The notes beneath the pieces are model-generated. The model made no database searches. It worked only from the letters and a program-made list of their open reading frames with translations, and had not been told where the DNA came from. The translations under genes were made by a program, and so were the position numbers. Positions 9,034 to 19,784 of a DNA stretch of 64,000 bases are shown here, in pieces. Position 1 is the first letter of the stretch. Each line of letters begins with the position of its first letter. The DNA comes from Alphaproteobacteria bacterium (lineage in GTDB: Bacteria; Pseudomonadota; Alphaproteobacteria; MPNO01; UBA830), in contig OZ251539.1 of assembly GCA_965243135.1 (NCBI GenBank), positions 4,448,001 through 4,512,000 on the forward strand, given 5' to 3'.

Positions 9034-10730
9034 GGGACGCCTTGCTCCCGCTCCCAGCTTCTCTGGTAGTAGCGGTAGGCCGCGGCGTTGCCCAACCGGT
9101 TGATCTCGATTTCGTCGAGGCCGTCGAAGACCCCCTTGGGAAACGCGAACGCGCCGAGCAGGACCTCCCGCGTCGTCCAGCCGTCGTCGACGGGAAGCGT
9201 TTCGAGGGAGGCCAGGCGCTCGCTCGCCGGCGCCCCGTGCCGGGTGGCGATGGTCCATCCCCATTCGCCGAAACTCGGAACGTTCTGGCGATACTGCTCG
9301 ACGTTCCCGAAGCCGGCGGCGGAAACGGTCCTTCCGATGCTCAGGAACGTCTCCCGCGCATGGTAAGGCGAAGTGGACTGGATCGCGATCGCGCCGTCTC
9401 CGGCCAGCAGATGCCGAAGCTTGGCGTAGAACCGCACGCTGTAGAGGCGCCCGAGATCGGGATGGCTGGGATCCGGAAGGTCGACGACGATCGCGTCGAA
9501 CCGGCGGCCCTCGCGCAGCAAGCCGTCGACGGTCAGGAAGGCGTCCCCGAAAACCGTCCGAACGCGGGGATCCCGGAACGCGAACTCGTTGAGTTCGAGC
9601 AGCGGCGCGTTGATCGCCCGCCCGCCGCGAAGGATCGGCCGGGAAAACAGCCTGACCAGCTCGGAATCGAGATCGAGCACCACGACTTCCTTTGGCCGCC
9701 ACCTGAGAATGTCGCGCACGCCGAGCCCGTCGCCGCCGCCGACCACGAGGACGCGCTCGCGACGCGCCGACGCGGCGAGCGCCGGATAGGTGAGCATCGC
9801 GTGGTAGATGTGCTCGTCGTCGCTGGCGAACTGCGTGCGGCCGTTGATGAAGAACGTGTAGACGGCGGGTCCGTCGGGATCGTTGAACCGCTCGGTGATC
9901 GTCAGCCGCTGATGTCCGGTGTCCGCGCTGTAGACGATCCGGTCCCGAAACAGCAGCTGCTCCATCGCTTCGGCCCAGTCGCCGCCGCGAAAGCCCGCGA
10001 CGAGCAACAGGGCGCCGACCGCGGCATGCAGCGCGAGGACCAGTCCGAATCGCCCGATCCGCTGACGGTACAACAAGATGAACAGGACGCCCATCGCCAG
10101 ATTGGCGGCGGCGGTCAACGCGGCGGCGAGCGCCGGCTCCATCGCCAGCATGAACGCGACCCAGAGCGCCGCGCCGATCCCGGCGCCGATGTAGTCCGCG
10201 CCGTAGATCGTGCCGGTGTTGTGCTCCAGGCGATGCCGATGGAATTCCTGGCGCACCCGGGCCAGCAGCGGAATCTCCATGCCCACCAGCACGCCGACGG
10301 CGGCGCCGAGAACGTACGGCGCGGCGTCGGCCGCCGCGCTGAGAGCGGCGAACAATCCGCCGCGCGGCACCAGATCGGGCGGCATGCCGTAGGTCTCGGC
10401 CAACGTGCGCGGCAACACCGCCGCGAGCGCGGCGATTCCGCCAAGGATCAGCACCGACACGCCGCCGAAACCGGCGAGCGTCGCTTCGAGCCAAGCGAAG
10501 CCGGCGAACGGCCTAGCGATCACTCGGGCAAGGAACGATCCGACGCCCATCGACACGATCATGACGCCGATCATGCTGAAGATGACCGCCTCGACGGCGC
10601 CCAGCATCCGGCCGGCGGTATGGGCCAGAAGGTATTCGTACACCAGGCCGCAACCGGCGAGTACGCCGGTCACCAGCATAATCGCGACATCGTCGAAGGT
10701 GAGCGCCTTCCTCCGGCTGTCGGACGGCAT
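9030..10730 (-). CDS. speE: Membrane-anchored polyamine aminopropyltransferase (spermidine synthase-like)
   Basis: Likely start MPSDSRR at 10730. TM region (AGCGLVYEYLL), then VLVVGGGDGL, DAIVVDLPDP, VPSFGEWG. Confidence 0.9.
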   Translation of the reverse strand: MPSDSRRKALTFDDVAIMLVTGVLAGCGLVYEYLLAHTAGRMLGAVEAVIFSMIGVMIVSMGVGSFLARVIARPFAGFAWLEATLAGFGGVSVLILGGIAALAAVLPRTLAETYGMPPDLVPRGGLFAALSAAADAAPYVLGAAVGVLVGMEIPLLARVRQEFHRHRLEHNTGTIYGADYIGAGIGAALWVAFMLAMEPALAAALTAAANLAMGVLFILLYRQRIGRFGLVLALHAAVGALLLVAGFRGGDWAEAMEQLLFRDRIVYSADTGHQRLTITERFNDPDGPAVYTFFINGRTQFASDDEHIYHAMLTYPALAASARRERVLVVGGGDGLGVRDILRWRPKEVVVLDLDSELVRLFSRPILRGGRAINAPLLELNEFAFRDPRVRTVFGDAFLTVDGLLREGRRFDAIVVDLPDPSHPDLGRLYSVRFYAKLRHLLAGDGAIAIQSTSPYHARETFLSIGRTVSAAGFGNVEQYRQNVPSFGEWGWTIATRHGAPASERLASLETLPVDDGWTTREVLLGAFAFPKGVFDGLDEIEINRLGNAAAYRYYQRSWEREQGVP

Positions 10731-11623
10731 CACCCGAAGTGCGAAAGCAGCAGCAACCCGATCCCGAGATAGACGGCGACTTCGGTAAGGGCGACGCCGA
10801 CGTTGCGCTGCCGGTCGACCTCCGCGGACAGATCGATCCCGGCCAGAACGCAAAACTCGGCGACCAGGCTGAGGATCACGAGCAATGCCGCGGTGCCGAT
10901 CGAGAACGCGCCCCAGACAACGGCCTGCAGCACCGGATCGCCGCCAGGAACGTATGGCGCGAGGCCCGAGGCGGCGGTCACCGCCAGCGCCACGCCGCAC
11001 TGGAACCCGACGAAACGAAGCGCGAGAGCGACGTTTCCGCCTTGGACGGTCTCGTGAAACCGTCCTTCCTTGTTGCGCCGCCCGAAAAGCCATATCCGGT
11101 AATACGCGGTCAGCGTAAGGATGATCTGCGTGACCACGTAACCCACGACGACCGCGATCAAGCCGGCGACCAGCGCGTCGTCGGACCACGCGATCACCGC
11201 CCGCAACATGATCGCGGTAGCGATCATGTTGCCCGCATCGACCACGGCGACCGGAACGTTGCCGCCCGCTATCTCGTCCTTGACCGACAGGTTCGGCAGC
11301 GCGATGCGATCGAAGATCAGGCGGGTCGCCCACATGAGAACGAGGCCGACGGCTCCGTAAGCGGCCACGAGGCCGGCTTCCGCGCCGTAGCTCCGCGCGA
11401 AGCCGCCCGAAAGCACGCCGGTGAGCATGATCGCCACGCCCGCCGTCGCGCCGGCGAGAGAGATGCCTATGGCGAAGTTGTCGTTGTCCGCCAGTTCCCG
11501 CGTGGCGTTCACGCCGCTCGCGAGTCCGTACATGAAGCGCACCAGCAAGAGCACGGCGAAGACGATCGCCAGATCCATCGCCAGCAGGCCGATCGTGTCG
11601 CCAGTCACAAGCGTCGGGTCCAT
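10730..11623 (-). CDS. DUF350 (YjfL-like) membrane protein, tandem domains
   Basis: Start MDPTLVT at 11623. Repeated ELA..DN.A.G / EI..GN..VA / EVD.QRNVGVA motifs with TM helices. Confidence 0.85.
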   Translation of the reverse strand: MDPTLVTGDTIGLLAMDLAIVFAVLLLVRFMYGLASGVNATRELADNDNFAIGISLAGATAGVAIMLTGVLSGGFARSYGAEAGLVAAYGAVGLVLMWATRLIFDRIALPNLSVKDEIAGGNVPVAVVDAGNMIATAIMLRAVIAWSDDALVAGLIAVVVGYVVTQIILTLTAYYRIWLFGRRNKEGRFHETVQGGNVALALRFVGFQCGVALAVTAASGLAPYVPGGDPVLQAVVWGAFSIGTAALLVILSLVAEFCVLAGIDLSAEVDRQRNVGVALTEVAVYLGIGLLLLSHFG

Positions 11624-11634
11624 GTTTTCTCCGT

Positions 11635-12561
11635 TCACTTTCCGCGGAAGCCGGACGCGCGCGACGTTCCGCGCGCCGAACTGCCGTAATTGCGGCTGTA
11701 GGTCGAGGCTCGGCGAGTGGCGGCGCCCGCGCTTCGGCTGGCCGACCGTCCATAGGTGCTCAGCCGCCGCTCGCTGCGCAACGGACCGTAAGACTTTTTC
11801 GGCGAAGAAGGTTGCGTCCGGCTCGCCCGGTCCCAGCGCCGGGAATCGGCGCGCGTACCGTAGTAATGCCGACCGACGTCGCCGTAATACGACCAGCCCC
11901 GGTTCGGATACCAGTCGCGATGGTAGTAGGTCGACGGCCCGAAGAACAGATCGCGCATCAAGGCGTATTGTCCGTAGAACTGCCAGAAGCTGCCGCCGCT
12001 GCCTTGGCGCCATTCGCCGTAGCGCGGATTGCCGACGAGATGGCTGCCGGGGCCGGCGTCCGGGCGCGGTTCGGAGCGCGGGATCTGCAGCCTGGACAAC
12101 TTGCCGTCGGACAGGTCGGCAAGCACGTTGACGACGTCGATCAGACTGTCGTTGAACACCACGGCATCGGAAGCGGCCTCGATCCGCAAGAGCTCCTCCA
12201 TGCTTTCGTCGGCCTCTTTCTGATCAGCGGGAGAAAGGTTGATCCGGTCCAGCCGGCCGGCGAGAGACGCATACGCAAGCCCTCGGGTCGTGGCCTCCTT
12301 GGACAGCTCGTCCGCGAGCGCCGCCACGTCGGGACGGTCGCGGCGCACGATCCGCGCATATTGCTTGACGATGTTGGCGTTGCGGATCCGGCCGCCGTCA
12401 AGGGCGGCGCCGAGGTTTCGCACCGTCTCGACGATCTGGACATGCTGCCGGCGCACGAGGTCCGAATGGCTCTCGCCGCAGCCGGCCAGCACCAGCGCGA
12501 CCGCCAGAGCGGCAACCGCTCCCGAGAAAAGCCTCAGCCGCCTGCCTGCGACCACATCCAT
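11635..12561 (-). CDS. Lipoprotein of the DUF350/spermidine synthase operon with an Arg/Ser-rich tail
   Basis: Start MDVVAGRR at 12561; lipobox LAGC; LVGNPRYGEW..GSGGSFWQFYGQYALM motif. Confidence 0.75.
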   Translation of the reverse strand: MDVVAGRRLRLFSGAVAALAVALVLAGCGESHSDLVRRQHVQIVETVRNLGAALDGGRIRNANIVKQYARIVRRDRPDVAALADELSKEATTRGLAYASLAGRLDRINLSPADQKEADESMEELLRIEAASDAVVFNDSLIDVVNVLADLSDGKLSRLQIPRSEPRPDAGPGSHLVGNPRYGEWRQGSGGSFWQFYGQYALMRDLFFGPSTYYHRDWYPNRGWSYYGDVGRHYYGTRADSRRWDRASRTQPSSPKKSYGPLRSERRLSTYGRSASRSAGAATRRASTYSRNYGSSARGTSRASGFRGK

Positions 12562-13016
12562 GGTTCCCGTTCCGCGCCGGAGAAGACTCCCGGCCGGCAA
12601 GAACCTAGCATTCTTGCCCCGATGCTGTGAAGACGGTCGGCCGCCGCCGTTCGAACGGCGGGCGGGCGCCTGGAACTTGCCCCACGGAACGCTTCGACGC
12701 TCGGGAAGGCCGGTTCGTCCGAAGCGCCGGCCGACGCGGGCCCCACGGGAGCGCGCCGCCTGCCGGCCCGACTCGTCCGAACCGGAAAGAAGAGCGGCGG
12801 CCGCAGGGAAACCGCAGCTTTCCGGAACCGCCCCCGCTTCGCCGCCTCGCCCGAGCGGCGGCGTTCTTTCGGGGACCGGACGACACGGCCCCGCAACGAA
12901 GAAGGGAAGGCCGTCGACAGCGCGGCTTCCGTCTTCTCCGGGCGCGAAGCCGCGGACGCGCTCATTCCATGTCCGCCGGGCAGGACGGCGCGGGTTCCGC
13001 CGTCCTGCGTGAGAGG

Positions 13017-14081
13017 CTACTCGGCGGCGATCGCCAGACCCGGCTCCGCCGCGACCTTCCGGTCGATCATCGCCCGCGCAGCGATCGAACCCGCGTCCTG
13101 GATCGTGTCCACCGTCGGACGCTCGTCCCAGTTCTCCTGCTGCTTGTTGAACACCTCCCAATCCTGGTGAAACGCCGTGAAGATCTGCTGGTACTGCAAC
13201 TCCGTCATCTCCGGCGTCACCGCCTTCCCCGGAATGTTGTAGGCGTTCGACCAGAAATAATGCGTCGTCGTCGCCGTCTCCGGCGTCACGAAGTTCAGGT
13301 TGTGGAAGCCGAAACCTCCCTCCGGAACGTCCCGCTCGATGTCCGTGAAGCCGAACTCCCGGCCTTCCGCAGCCCCCGGAGCCGCCCCCGTGAACAGGCG
13401 CACCGCTCCCGGCATCCGGAACTCGATGATCTGCCAGCGGTCCACGATCGCGTCCGCGCTCCAGCCGCCCATCTTCTGATACGTCGGAGCCGGATTCTGC
13501 CCCACCGTCCAACGCGCGACCGTCACCGAATCCTCGTCCTTCAGCGTCCGCACCCGCGCCGCCTCCGCGACCGCCGCGTTGCCGATCGTCGAACGGTGCA
13601 CGAAACCCAGATGCGACAGGTCCAGAAGATTGTCCACGATCAGGCGGTAGTCGCACTTCACGTAGAAATACGTCCCCTTGTCGCCCCAATCCGACGACGT
13701 CTTCCACGGATACGGTACGATCCTTCCCTCGTCCGCGAGCGCCGGATCCCCCATCCAGATCCACACCCAGTTGTACTTCTCCACGACCGGAAACGTCCGC
13801 ACCCGCGCTCCCGGCGGTATCGTCGCCTGACCCGGAACGTGCACGCACGCCCCGTCGCCGTCGAACTGCAAACCGTGATAGTAGCACTCCATCCGGTCGC
13901 CGATCAGCTTCCCCTTCGACAACGGCATCCGGCGATGGCAGCAACGGTCCTCGAACGCCACAGGCGTCCCGTCCTCGCGACGCCAGAAAACGACCTTCTC
14001 GTCGCAGATCGTCCGCGACATCGGCGTCCGGCCGACCTCCCCAGGCTCGGCGCAGACGTACCACGTGTTCTTCAGAAACAT
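13017..14081 (-). CDS. Rieske non-heme iron oxygenase alpha subunit (VanA-like O-demethylase family)
   Basis: MFLKNTWY start; Rieske CCH-x16-CYYH; mononuclear iron site DNLLDLSHLGFVH. Confidence 0.92.
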   Translation of the reverse strand: MFLKNTWYVCAEPGEVGRTPMSRTICDEKVVFWRREDGTPVAFEDRCCHRRMPLSKGKLIGDRMECYYHGLQFDGDGACVHVPGQATIPPGARVRTFPVVEKYNWVWIWMGDPALADEGRIVPYPWKTSSDWGDKGTYFYVKCDYRLIVDNLLDLSHLGFVHRSTIGNAAVAEAARVRTLKDEDSVTVARWTVGQNPAPTYQKMGGWSADAIVDRWQIIEFRMPGAVRLFTGAAPGAAEGREFGFTDIERDVPEGGFGFHNLNFVTPETATTTHYFWSNAYNIPGKAVTPEMTELQYQQIFTAFHQDWEVFNKQQENWDERPTVDTIQDAGSIAARAMIDRKVAAEPGLAIAAE

Positions 14082-14249
14082 GCCTCGACCCTCCTCGTTT
14101 CTCCCCCGCAGTCTAATCATCGCGATCTCGCCGATCAACCGGCTTCGACGCAAGGCGACGTCAGGATCGAATGGCCGGGCGGACCGCTCCTCGCGGCGAT
14201 GCACGGAAAGGGGCTAACCCGCATATCTCACCAGATCGAATCAGAGGGT

Positions 14250-14560
14250 CGGGTCCGGGATCGCCGGGTCCGGTAACGGAAATCGCAAAACCGCCGCTAC
14301 GCCTGGCCGGTGCAGCGGCGGCGCGACTTGCGCAACCGCCTGCCGACGCGCTCCGCCAAGCGGGCTTGCGGGCCTGACCGAACAGGTAGTCGACGTCGTT
14401 GTCGTCGCACCACGTCATGATGTCGTCGCGGCAGAATCCGCTATCGCCGCGAACGACGATTTTGGTTTTCGGCCAACGTCGGCGAATGCGCATCGACGAT
14501 GCCCGCCAGTTCCTCCACCGGGTTGACCAAGGACGAGTTCGCTAGGGGAGCCGTCCACGG
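14250..14560 (-). pseudogene. IS1380-family transposase fragment
   Basis: RIRRRWPKTKIVVRGDSGFCRDDIMTWCDDNDVDYLFG, then frameshifted RRF.DFRYRT. Confidence 0.8.
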
Positions 14561-14580
14561 AATCGACGGATCTCCAGCGC

Positions 14581-15645
14581 TTAGTTATGCTCGATTTCCA
14601 GATCCTCTCCAGAATAACCAAATAGTTTTAACAAATTTTCGCAACGTCTCACAATTTCATGTGCAGAAGCATGAGTTTCAATCCAGTAACGGGAATTCCC
14701 GATCTGATAGGGCGATTTCATCCCTGAGTTGCCGACATTGACATAAATTTTCAGTCCAGATGTATCCCTTACTTTCCATTCAAACTGTTCTGGATGCCGT
14801 AAATACAGAGCTTCGGCTACTCCTCTCAATATATCTTTCCAGTATTTAACACTGTACTGTTCCTTCCACAGCCTGTAGCCTGTAGGCGAAGGTTGTCCAC
14901 TTCGTTTATTTTTTTGATGTGGTATACTATTAGTAGGTTGTAGGTGAGCTGGTTCCGATATATTTCGGATCTGTTCACTCAAGAAACCGCTTATTTCCTC
15001 TTTATATAGTGGAAGGCCTTCTGACTCAATTCGCCGATTGATGAGTTTCATAAGCTCTTCTGGGGGTTCTTTAAGCATTGCGTTCCATATCCTTGGAAGC
15101 TCTTTGGCCAATTGTTCACGTTTCAACTTCTCGTCAAGAGCGTTTTTGGCATGTGTCAGTGCTTTCCCTGAAATTAACGCATCATAAGATAAATACTTCT
15201 CAAACTCGCTAGTTAGCCGATCAAGCGGATCGGTTTTGATGTCCATTTTTGCAAATATGCGTTGTTCCACTGTAGTGCCTGGTTTCATCTGAAAAAGCAG
15301 AAACCATTTGAACCCAGTTGTATATATAACTATCGGAACGGTTTTGTGAAACGCATATTCGATGACTTGTCTAAATTCAGTCTCATGAACTATGCCTTTA
15401 GGAGGACCAATACGGGTATCCGCTTTTTTTGCTTCCACTATAGCTACAGGACTTCCTTCTGATCCAAACAGCACATAATCGGCCCTTCCCTTTCCAACCG
15501 GGTATTCGGCCTCCAATTTATTGGGATCTGCGGAGTCCCAGCCCAAACAATGAAGGATCGGTAATATCGCTTGTAGTTTTGTGCTTTCTTCACTATTCGG
15601 TTGTCGTAAATTTCGAATTTTTTCGAGTACGGGAAGAAGTTCCAT
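14581..15645 (-). CDS. HsdR_N-type PD-(D/E)XK nuclease with a SeqA-C-like C-terminal domain
   Basis: EESTK..ILPIL..LGWD, EYPV..GRADY..IVEAKK, TTG..W. C-terminal IGNSRYWIETHASA..I. Markedly AT-rich. Confidence 0.75.
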   Translation of the reverse strand: MELLPVLEKIRNLRQPNSEESTKLQAILPILHCLGWDSADPNKLEAEYPVGKGRADYVLFGSEGSPVAIVEAKKADTRIGPPKGIVHETEFRQVIEYAFHKTVPIVIYTTGFKWFLLFQMKPGTTVEQRIFAKMDIKTDPLDRLTSEFEKYLSYDALISGKALTHAKNALDEKLKREQLAKELPRIWNAMLKEPPEELMKLINRRIESEGLPLYKEEISGFLSEQIRNISEPAHLQPTNSIPHQKNKRSGQPSPTGYRLWKEQYSVKYWKDILRGVAEALYLRHPEQFEWKVRDTSGLKIYVNVGNSGMKSPYQIGNSRYWIETHASAHEIVRRCENLLKLFGYSGEDLEIEHN

Positions 15646-16308
15646 CGCCTATTCTCCTGTAGATATTGTTTCGTCAATCGAACGACAACTTGTGAAATAC
15701 GCCGCTGGCATGTTTCGTCGTTCCGCTCCCTGCGCCGTTCTCTGACAATTTTCGGCCTCGATCAGGGCATCCAACATGCTGACTGCCGGGAGACCGCCGC
15801 CATCGTGCCCGAATCGACGTTTTCCTGCTGCAGGCCGATGGATCCATCCAGAGGTCTTCGAGAAAGGCTTCGTGAACATTCTGCCTTGGCCTGCACAGCT
15901 TGCGTCACAGCGTGTTTCATGATATAGAATATAGCATATTCGCATGACCATAACAACCACTTTAAATTAGCGAGAAGCCTAACCTCTGCCGCCGCACGCC
16001 GCCGTTCGCTTGCCTGAGGTCTTCGAGGCGCGGGTCGACGGCCGGAGGCGTCCGGGACCGCAGGCGGTCTCTCGACAGACCGCCGCCTGCAAGGATGCGG
16101 AGCCGGCGGGAACGACAACGGCGGACGACCGGGCGGAGAGCGAGCGATTACTCCTTGAAGGACGTTCTCGCGAACCTGAGTATCCATTCTCTCGAGTGGG
16201 TCCGGTACGAATGGGCGCAGACGCGCGGCGACGAACCGGGCGAGCGGGAAGCGACGGTTCCGCGCATTGTCGGCCGTCCCGTCGGCATCGTGCGCGGCGG
16301 CGGCCCCT

Positions 16309-18009
16309 TCACGCTTCCGCAAGTACCGAGTCGGCGATTTTTTCGGCCATCATGATGGTCGGAACATTGGTATTCGCGCGCGGCACGCAGGGCATGATGG
16401 AGGCGTCGCAGACGCGCAATCCCGCAATGCCGTAAACCCGTCCCGATGAATCGGTCACGGCTTCTCTGTCGTTCGCCGCCCCCATGCGGCAGGTGCACGA
16501 GGCATGCCAGTGGCCCGTCACTGTCTTGCGCACCCAATCCGCGATGGCTTCGCCATCCGCGAGCAATTCGTCAAGGGTCGGCCCTTCGATGACGAATCGC
16601 CGAATGAACGCCCTGCGCAGCGGGCCGCCCAGGTCGGTCGCCCGGGCGGCGAGCGCGGTCCTGACGCGGTTCGCTCGGGTAGGCTCGGCTACCCGGCGCA
16701 CCCGCTCGGAATAGGCCGCGGGAAAAACCTCGTGAACCGCCGCGGCCAGCGACGGATGGGCATGCAGGCGAGCGAGCAACCGCGTGGCTCCGACAAGCCG
16801 GATCAGATCCCGCTCGTCGGAGCACAAGTTGAAATCGACGCGCGGTTCCACCGAAGGCTCGGCGGAAACCAGCGTCACTGCGCCCGTCGAATAGGACTTG
16901 TTGACCCAGACCATCGCTGCGCCGATGCGGTCTCCCAGCGCATGCCACGCGAACTTGTTGGTGGGGACCAGGAACATGTCGCCTGCGCCGCAGCCCTCGA
17001 CCCCCGACGAGAACCGCAGCGCCGCGATCATCTGGCGCCGCATGCCTGCAGGCAGCCGCGCGGCGCGCTGCATCCATGACGCCATCGATATCCCGGGATG
17101 CTCCATCAAGTGCCGCCCGACTCCGGGGCGGTCGGCGGCGACGCGGATGCCGAGATGCGAGAGCGGCGCGGCGGGACCGATGCCCGAGCGCATCAGTATG
17201 GCGGGCGAATGAATCGCGCCGGCGCAAAGGATCACCTCGCGAGCGCGGATATCGCGGTCCACGCCGTCGCGCCGCACCGTCAGGCCGGTCGCGCGCGCGC
17301 CTTCGAGAGTCAGGGTCCGCGCTTCCGAGAGATCGAGAATTTCGAGATTGCGGCGGGCGCGAACTTCGGCGGTCAGGTAGGCGACGTTCGCCGACACCCG
17401 CCGGTCGTCGATGTTGGAGATCGAAACGGGGGAATAGCCGTCCCCGAAATCCGCGTTCATGTCTTCGATATAACGGTGCCCCTCGGCGCGGACCGCCTCC
17501 ATGACGGCCCGCGTGTAGCCCGGCCAGACGTCGGGAAACAACCGGCGAATGCCGATGGGACCGTCGGCGCCGTGAAGGGGACCGCGGAAGTCCCGATCCG
17601 ATTCGAGCTTCCTGAAATAAGGCAGCACGTCGTCCCAGCCCCAGCCAGCGGCGCCGCGTTCCACCCATTCGTCATAGTCGAGCGGACTGCCGCGATTCGC
17701 CATCATGCCGTTGATCGAGGATCCGCCGCCGATGACGCGGCCTTGCTGGTAGAGCCGGTCCGGCCTGAGGTCCGGAGCGTTGCCGGGATGCGGCTGGACG
17801 ACGGCGCGCAGCCGTTCCCAGATGAAACGCCGATCATTGTAGGCGACGGCTGCGAAGCCGTCTTCGAGACTGGCGGGGATCCGGCCGGGCGGATAATCCG
17901 GTCCGGCCTCGACCAGCAGCACGCGTCGCCGCGCGCTCAGCCGGGCCGCCAGAACGCAGCCGGCGGAACCGCCGCCCACGATGGCGTAGTCGTAAACGGC
18001 GTCGTTCAT
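16309..18009 (-). CDS. GMC family FAD oxidoreductase
   Basis: YDYAIVGGGSAG, GRVIGGGSSINGM, WHASCTCRMG, RANTN. Confidence 0.93.
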   Translation of the reverse strand: MNDAVYDYAIVGGGSAGCVLAARLSARRRVLLVEAGPDYPPGRIPASLEDGFAAVAYNDRRFIWERLRAVVQPHPGNAPDLRPDRLYQQGRVIGGGSSINGMMANRGSPLDYDEWVERGAAGWGWDDVLPYFRKLESDRDFRGPLHGADGPIGIRRLFPDVWPGYTRAVMEAVRAEGHRYIEDMNADFGDGYSPVSISNIDDRRVSANVAYLTAEVRARRNLEILDLSEARTLTLEGARATGLTVRRDGVDRDIRAREVILCAGAIHSPAILMRSGIGPAAPLSHLGIRVAADRPGVGRHLMEHPGISMASWMQRAARLPAGMRRQMIAALRFSSGVEGCGAGDMFLVPTNKFAWHALGDRIGAAMVWVNKSYSTGAVTLVSAEPSVEPRVDFNLCSDERDLIRLVGATRLLARLHAHPSLAAAVHEVFPAAYSERVRRVAEPTRANRVRTALAARATDLGGPLRRAFIRRFVIEGPTLDELLADGEAIADWVRKTVTGHWHASCTCRMGAANDREAVTDSSGRVYGIAGLRVCDASIMPCVPRANTNVPTIMMAEKIADSVLAEA

Positions 18010-18197
18010 CGCTCCTCCCGCACGCAGAGGCGACGTTTCCGGGAAAGCGCTGCCGCGGACGAACCAAGCCTACGGAATTCCGGTTCCGATGGCGAACGCG
18101 CCGCGACGCGGAAGGGAGGCGCCGGTCCTGAGCATTACGCGGCCGGCGCGGTCGTGCTATTGATCGCTTCATCCGTACCGAAGGGGAGAAAAGGAGC

Positions 18198-18953
18198 ATG
18201 GGACGACTTGACGAACGGGCCGCGGTCGTGACCGGCGCCGGCCGGGGCATCGGAGCCGAATACGCAAAGGCGCTGGCCGCCGAGGGCGCCAGAGTCATGG
18301 TGACGGACATCGTCGACACCGAAAACACGGTCAACATCATCAAGCAGGCCGGCGGCGAGGCGATCGGCAAGCATTGCGACGTCACCCGCCCGGCGGACGT
18401 GAAGGCGATGGTCGACGAGACGGTTCGCGCCTTCGGAAAGCTCGACATCATGGTGACCAACGCCGCGCTGTTCGCCGATCTCGACCAGAAGCCGTTCCTG
18501 GAGATCGACGAAGCGGAATGGGATCGGGTGATGCAGGTGAACACGAGGGGGGTTTTCACCTGCGTGAAGGCCGCCGTGCCCGAAATGAAGAAGAACGGCT
18601 ACGGCAAGATCGTAAACGTCGCTTCCGGCACCGTCTTCAAGGGAACGCCGATGCTCCTGCACTACGTGAGTTCGAAGGGAGCGATGGTCGCGTTCACGCG
18701 GGCGCTCGCCCGCGAGGTCGGGGACGACGGAATCACCGTGAACTGCATCGCTCCCGGACTGACCATGAGCGAAAAGGTCCTCGGCGCGGCGCAGTGGGAC
18801 GCCATCAAGGACGGCAATACCGCGTCGCGCGCGATCAAGCGCGAAGAGGTGCCTGAAGACTTGCTGGGAACCGTCGTGTTCTTTTCGTCGTCCGAATCGG
18901 ACTTCATCACCGGCCAGACCCTGGTCGTCGACGGCGGCTCGGCGATGCACTGA
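18198..18953 (+). CDS. Short-chain dehydrogenase/reductase
   Basis: TGAGRGIG, NAA, YVSSK; RBS AAGGAG. Confidence 0.95.
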   Translation: MGRLDERAAVVTGAGRGIGAEYAKALAAEGARVMVTDIVDTENTVNIIKQAGGEAIGKHCDVTRPADVKAMVDETVRAFGKLDIMVTNAALFADLDQKPFLEIDEAEWDRVMQVNTRGVFTCVKAAVPEMKKNGYGKIVNVASGTVFKGTPMLLHYVSSKGAMVAFTRALAREVGDDGITVNCIAPGLTMSEKVLGAAQWDAIKDGNTASRAIKREEVPEDLLGTVVFFSSSESDFITGQTLVVDGGSAMH

Positions 18954-19172
18954 GAGAGCGCGGAGGCCGGTTCCCCGGGAGAGGAGACGGGCACCGCGCC
19001 CGGGCGGAGCCGTGCGCGGCGGCTCCGCCCGGGCCTTTCCGCCCAAGCGGCCGCCTGCGGCAAGGACCTTCGGTCCCGGAGGCCGGCGACAGCGCGAAGC
19101 CGGACGAGGCCGGGCGTCCATGGGCGCGTGAAGGCAGCGAGCACGACTCGCCGAAAGTACGCGCGGCCGGGA

Positions 19173-19784
19173 TCAGCTTGGGCCGGGCCGCCTGCGGCGC
19201 AGCAGCGGGTAGAAGAGTATGCCGGCGAAAAATCCCCCGGCGTGGGCTTCCCAACTGATGTTGCCGCCGCTGAGCAAAGCGTAGCCCACATTCATGATCA
19301 TCATGAGAAGCATGTACTGCGCGTAGTCGCGAAGACTCGGACGGGAAACACCGTCGTGTCCACGCAGAAGAACGTGGGCGCCCGCGCCGAGAAAGCCGAA
19401 CACGACGCCCGACGAGCCTATCAACAGCTGGCTCTGGCCCCAGTTGAGAATCGCATGGGCGAGCGCGCCCGCTGCGGCGGTAACGAGGAAGAAGGCAAAG
19501 TAGCGCGCGCCGTAGAGATGCGGGCGAAGCTGCGCGGACATCACCACGAGCCAGAAAGCGTTCGCCCCGAGATGCGCCCAACCGCCGTGCACGAACGCCG
19601 ACGTCGCCGCGCCGTACAGCCAGATCGTTTCGAACGCGCCGCGCCTGAACGCGTCGAACCCCATGAAATAAAGGACGTACGCATCGAATTCCAGCGGGAG
19701 AACGCTGCGGATCGCCTGGACGGCCGCGAGGACGACGAGGATTTTCACGGCCGCCGACGGCAAGAGAAGGCGGGCGGCGCTCAT
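19173..19784 (-). CDS. Rhomboid intramembrane serine protease
   Basis: HGGWAHLGAN, GSSG, AHAGG. Confidence 0.88.
   Translation of the reverse strand: MSAARLLLPSAAVKILVVLAAVQAIRSVLPLEFDAYVLYFMGFDAFRRGAFETIWLYGAATSAFVHGGWAHLGANAFWLVVMSAQLRPHLYGARYFAFFLVTAAAGALAHAILNWGQSQLLIGSSGVVFGFLGAGAHVLLRGHDGVSRPSLRDYAQYMLLMMIMNVGYALLSGGNISWEAHAGGFFAGILFYPLLRRRRPGPS

Noticed and set aside
11635-14064. 809-aa ORF, and similar long extensions (9030-11753, 48402-51878, 55350-57482, 59689-61905)
   Set aside because: High-GC open frames running over neighbouring genes; real starts were assigned from motifs, RBS and overlaps.
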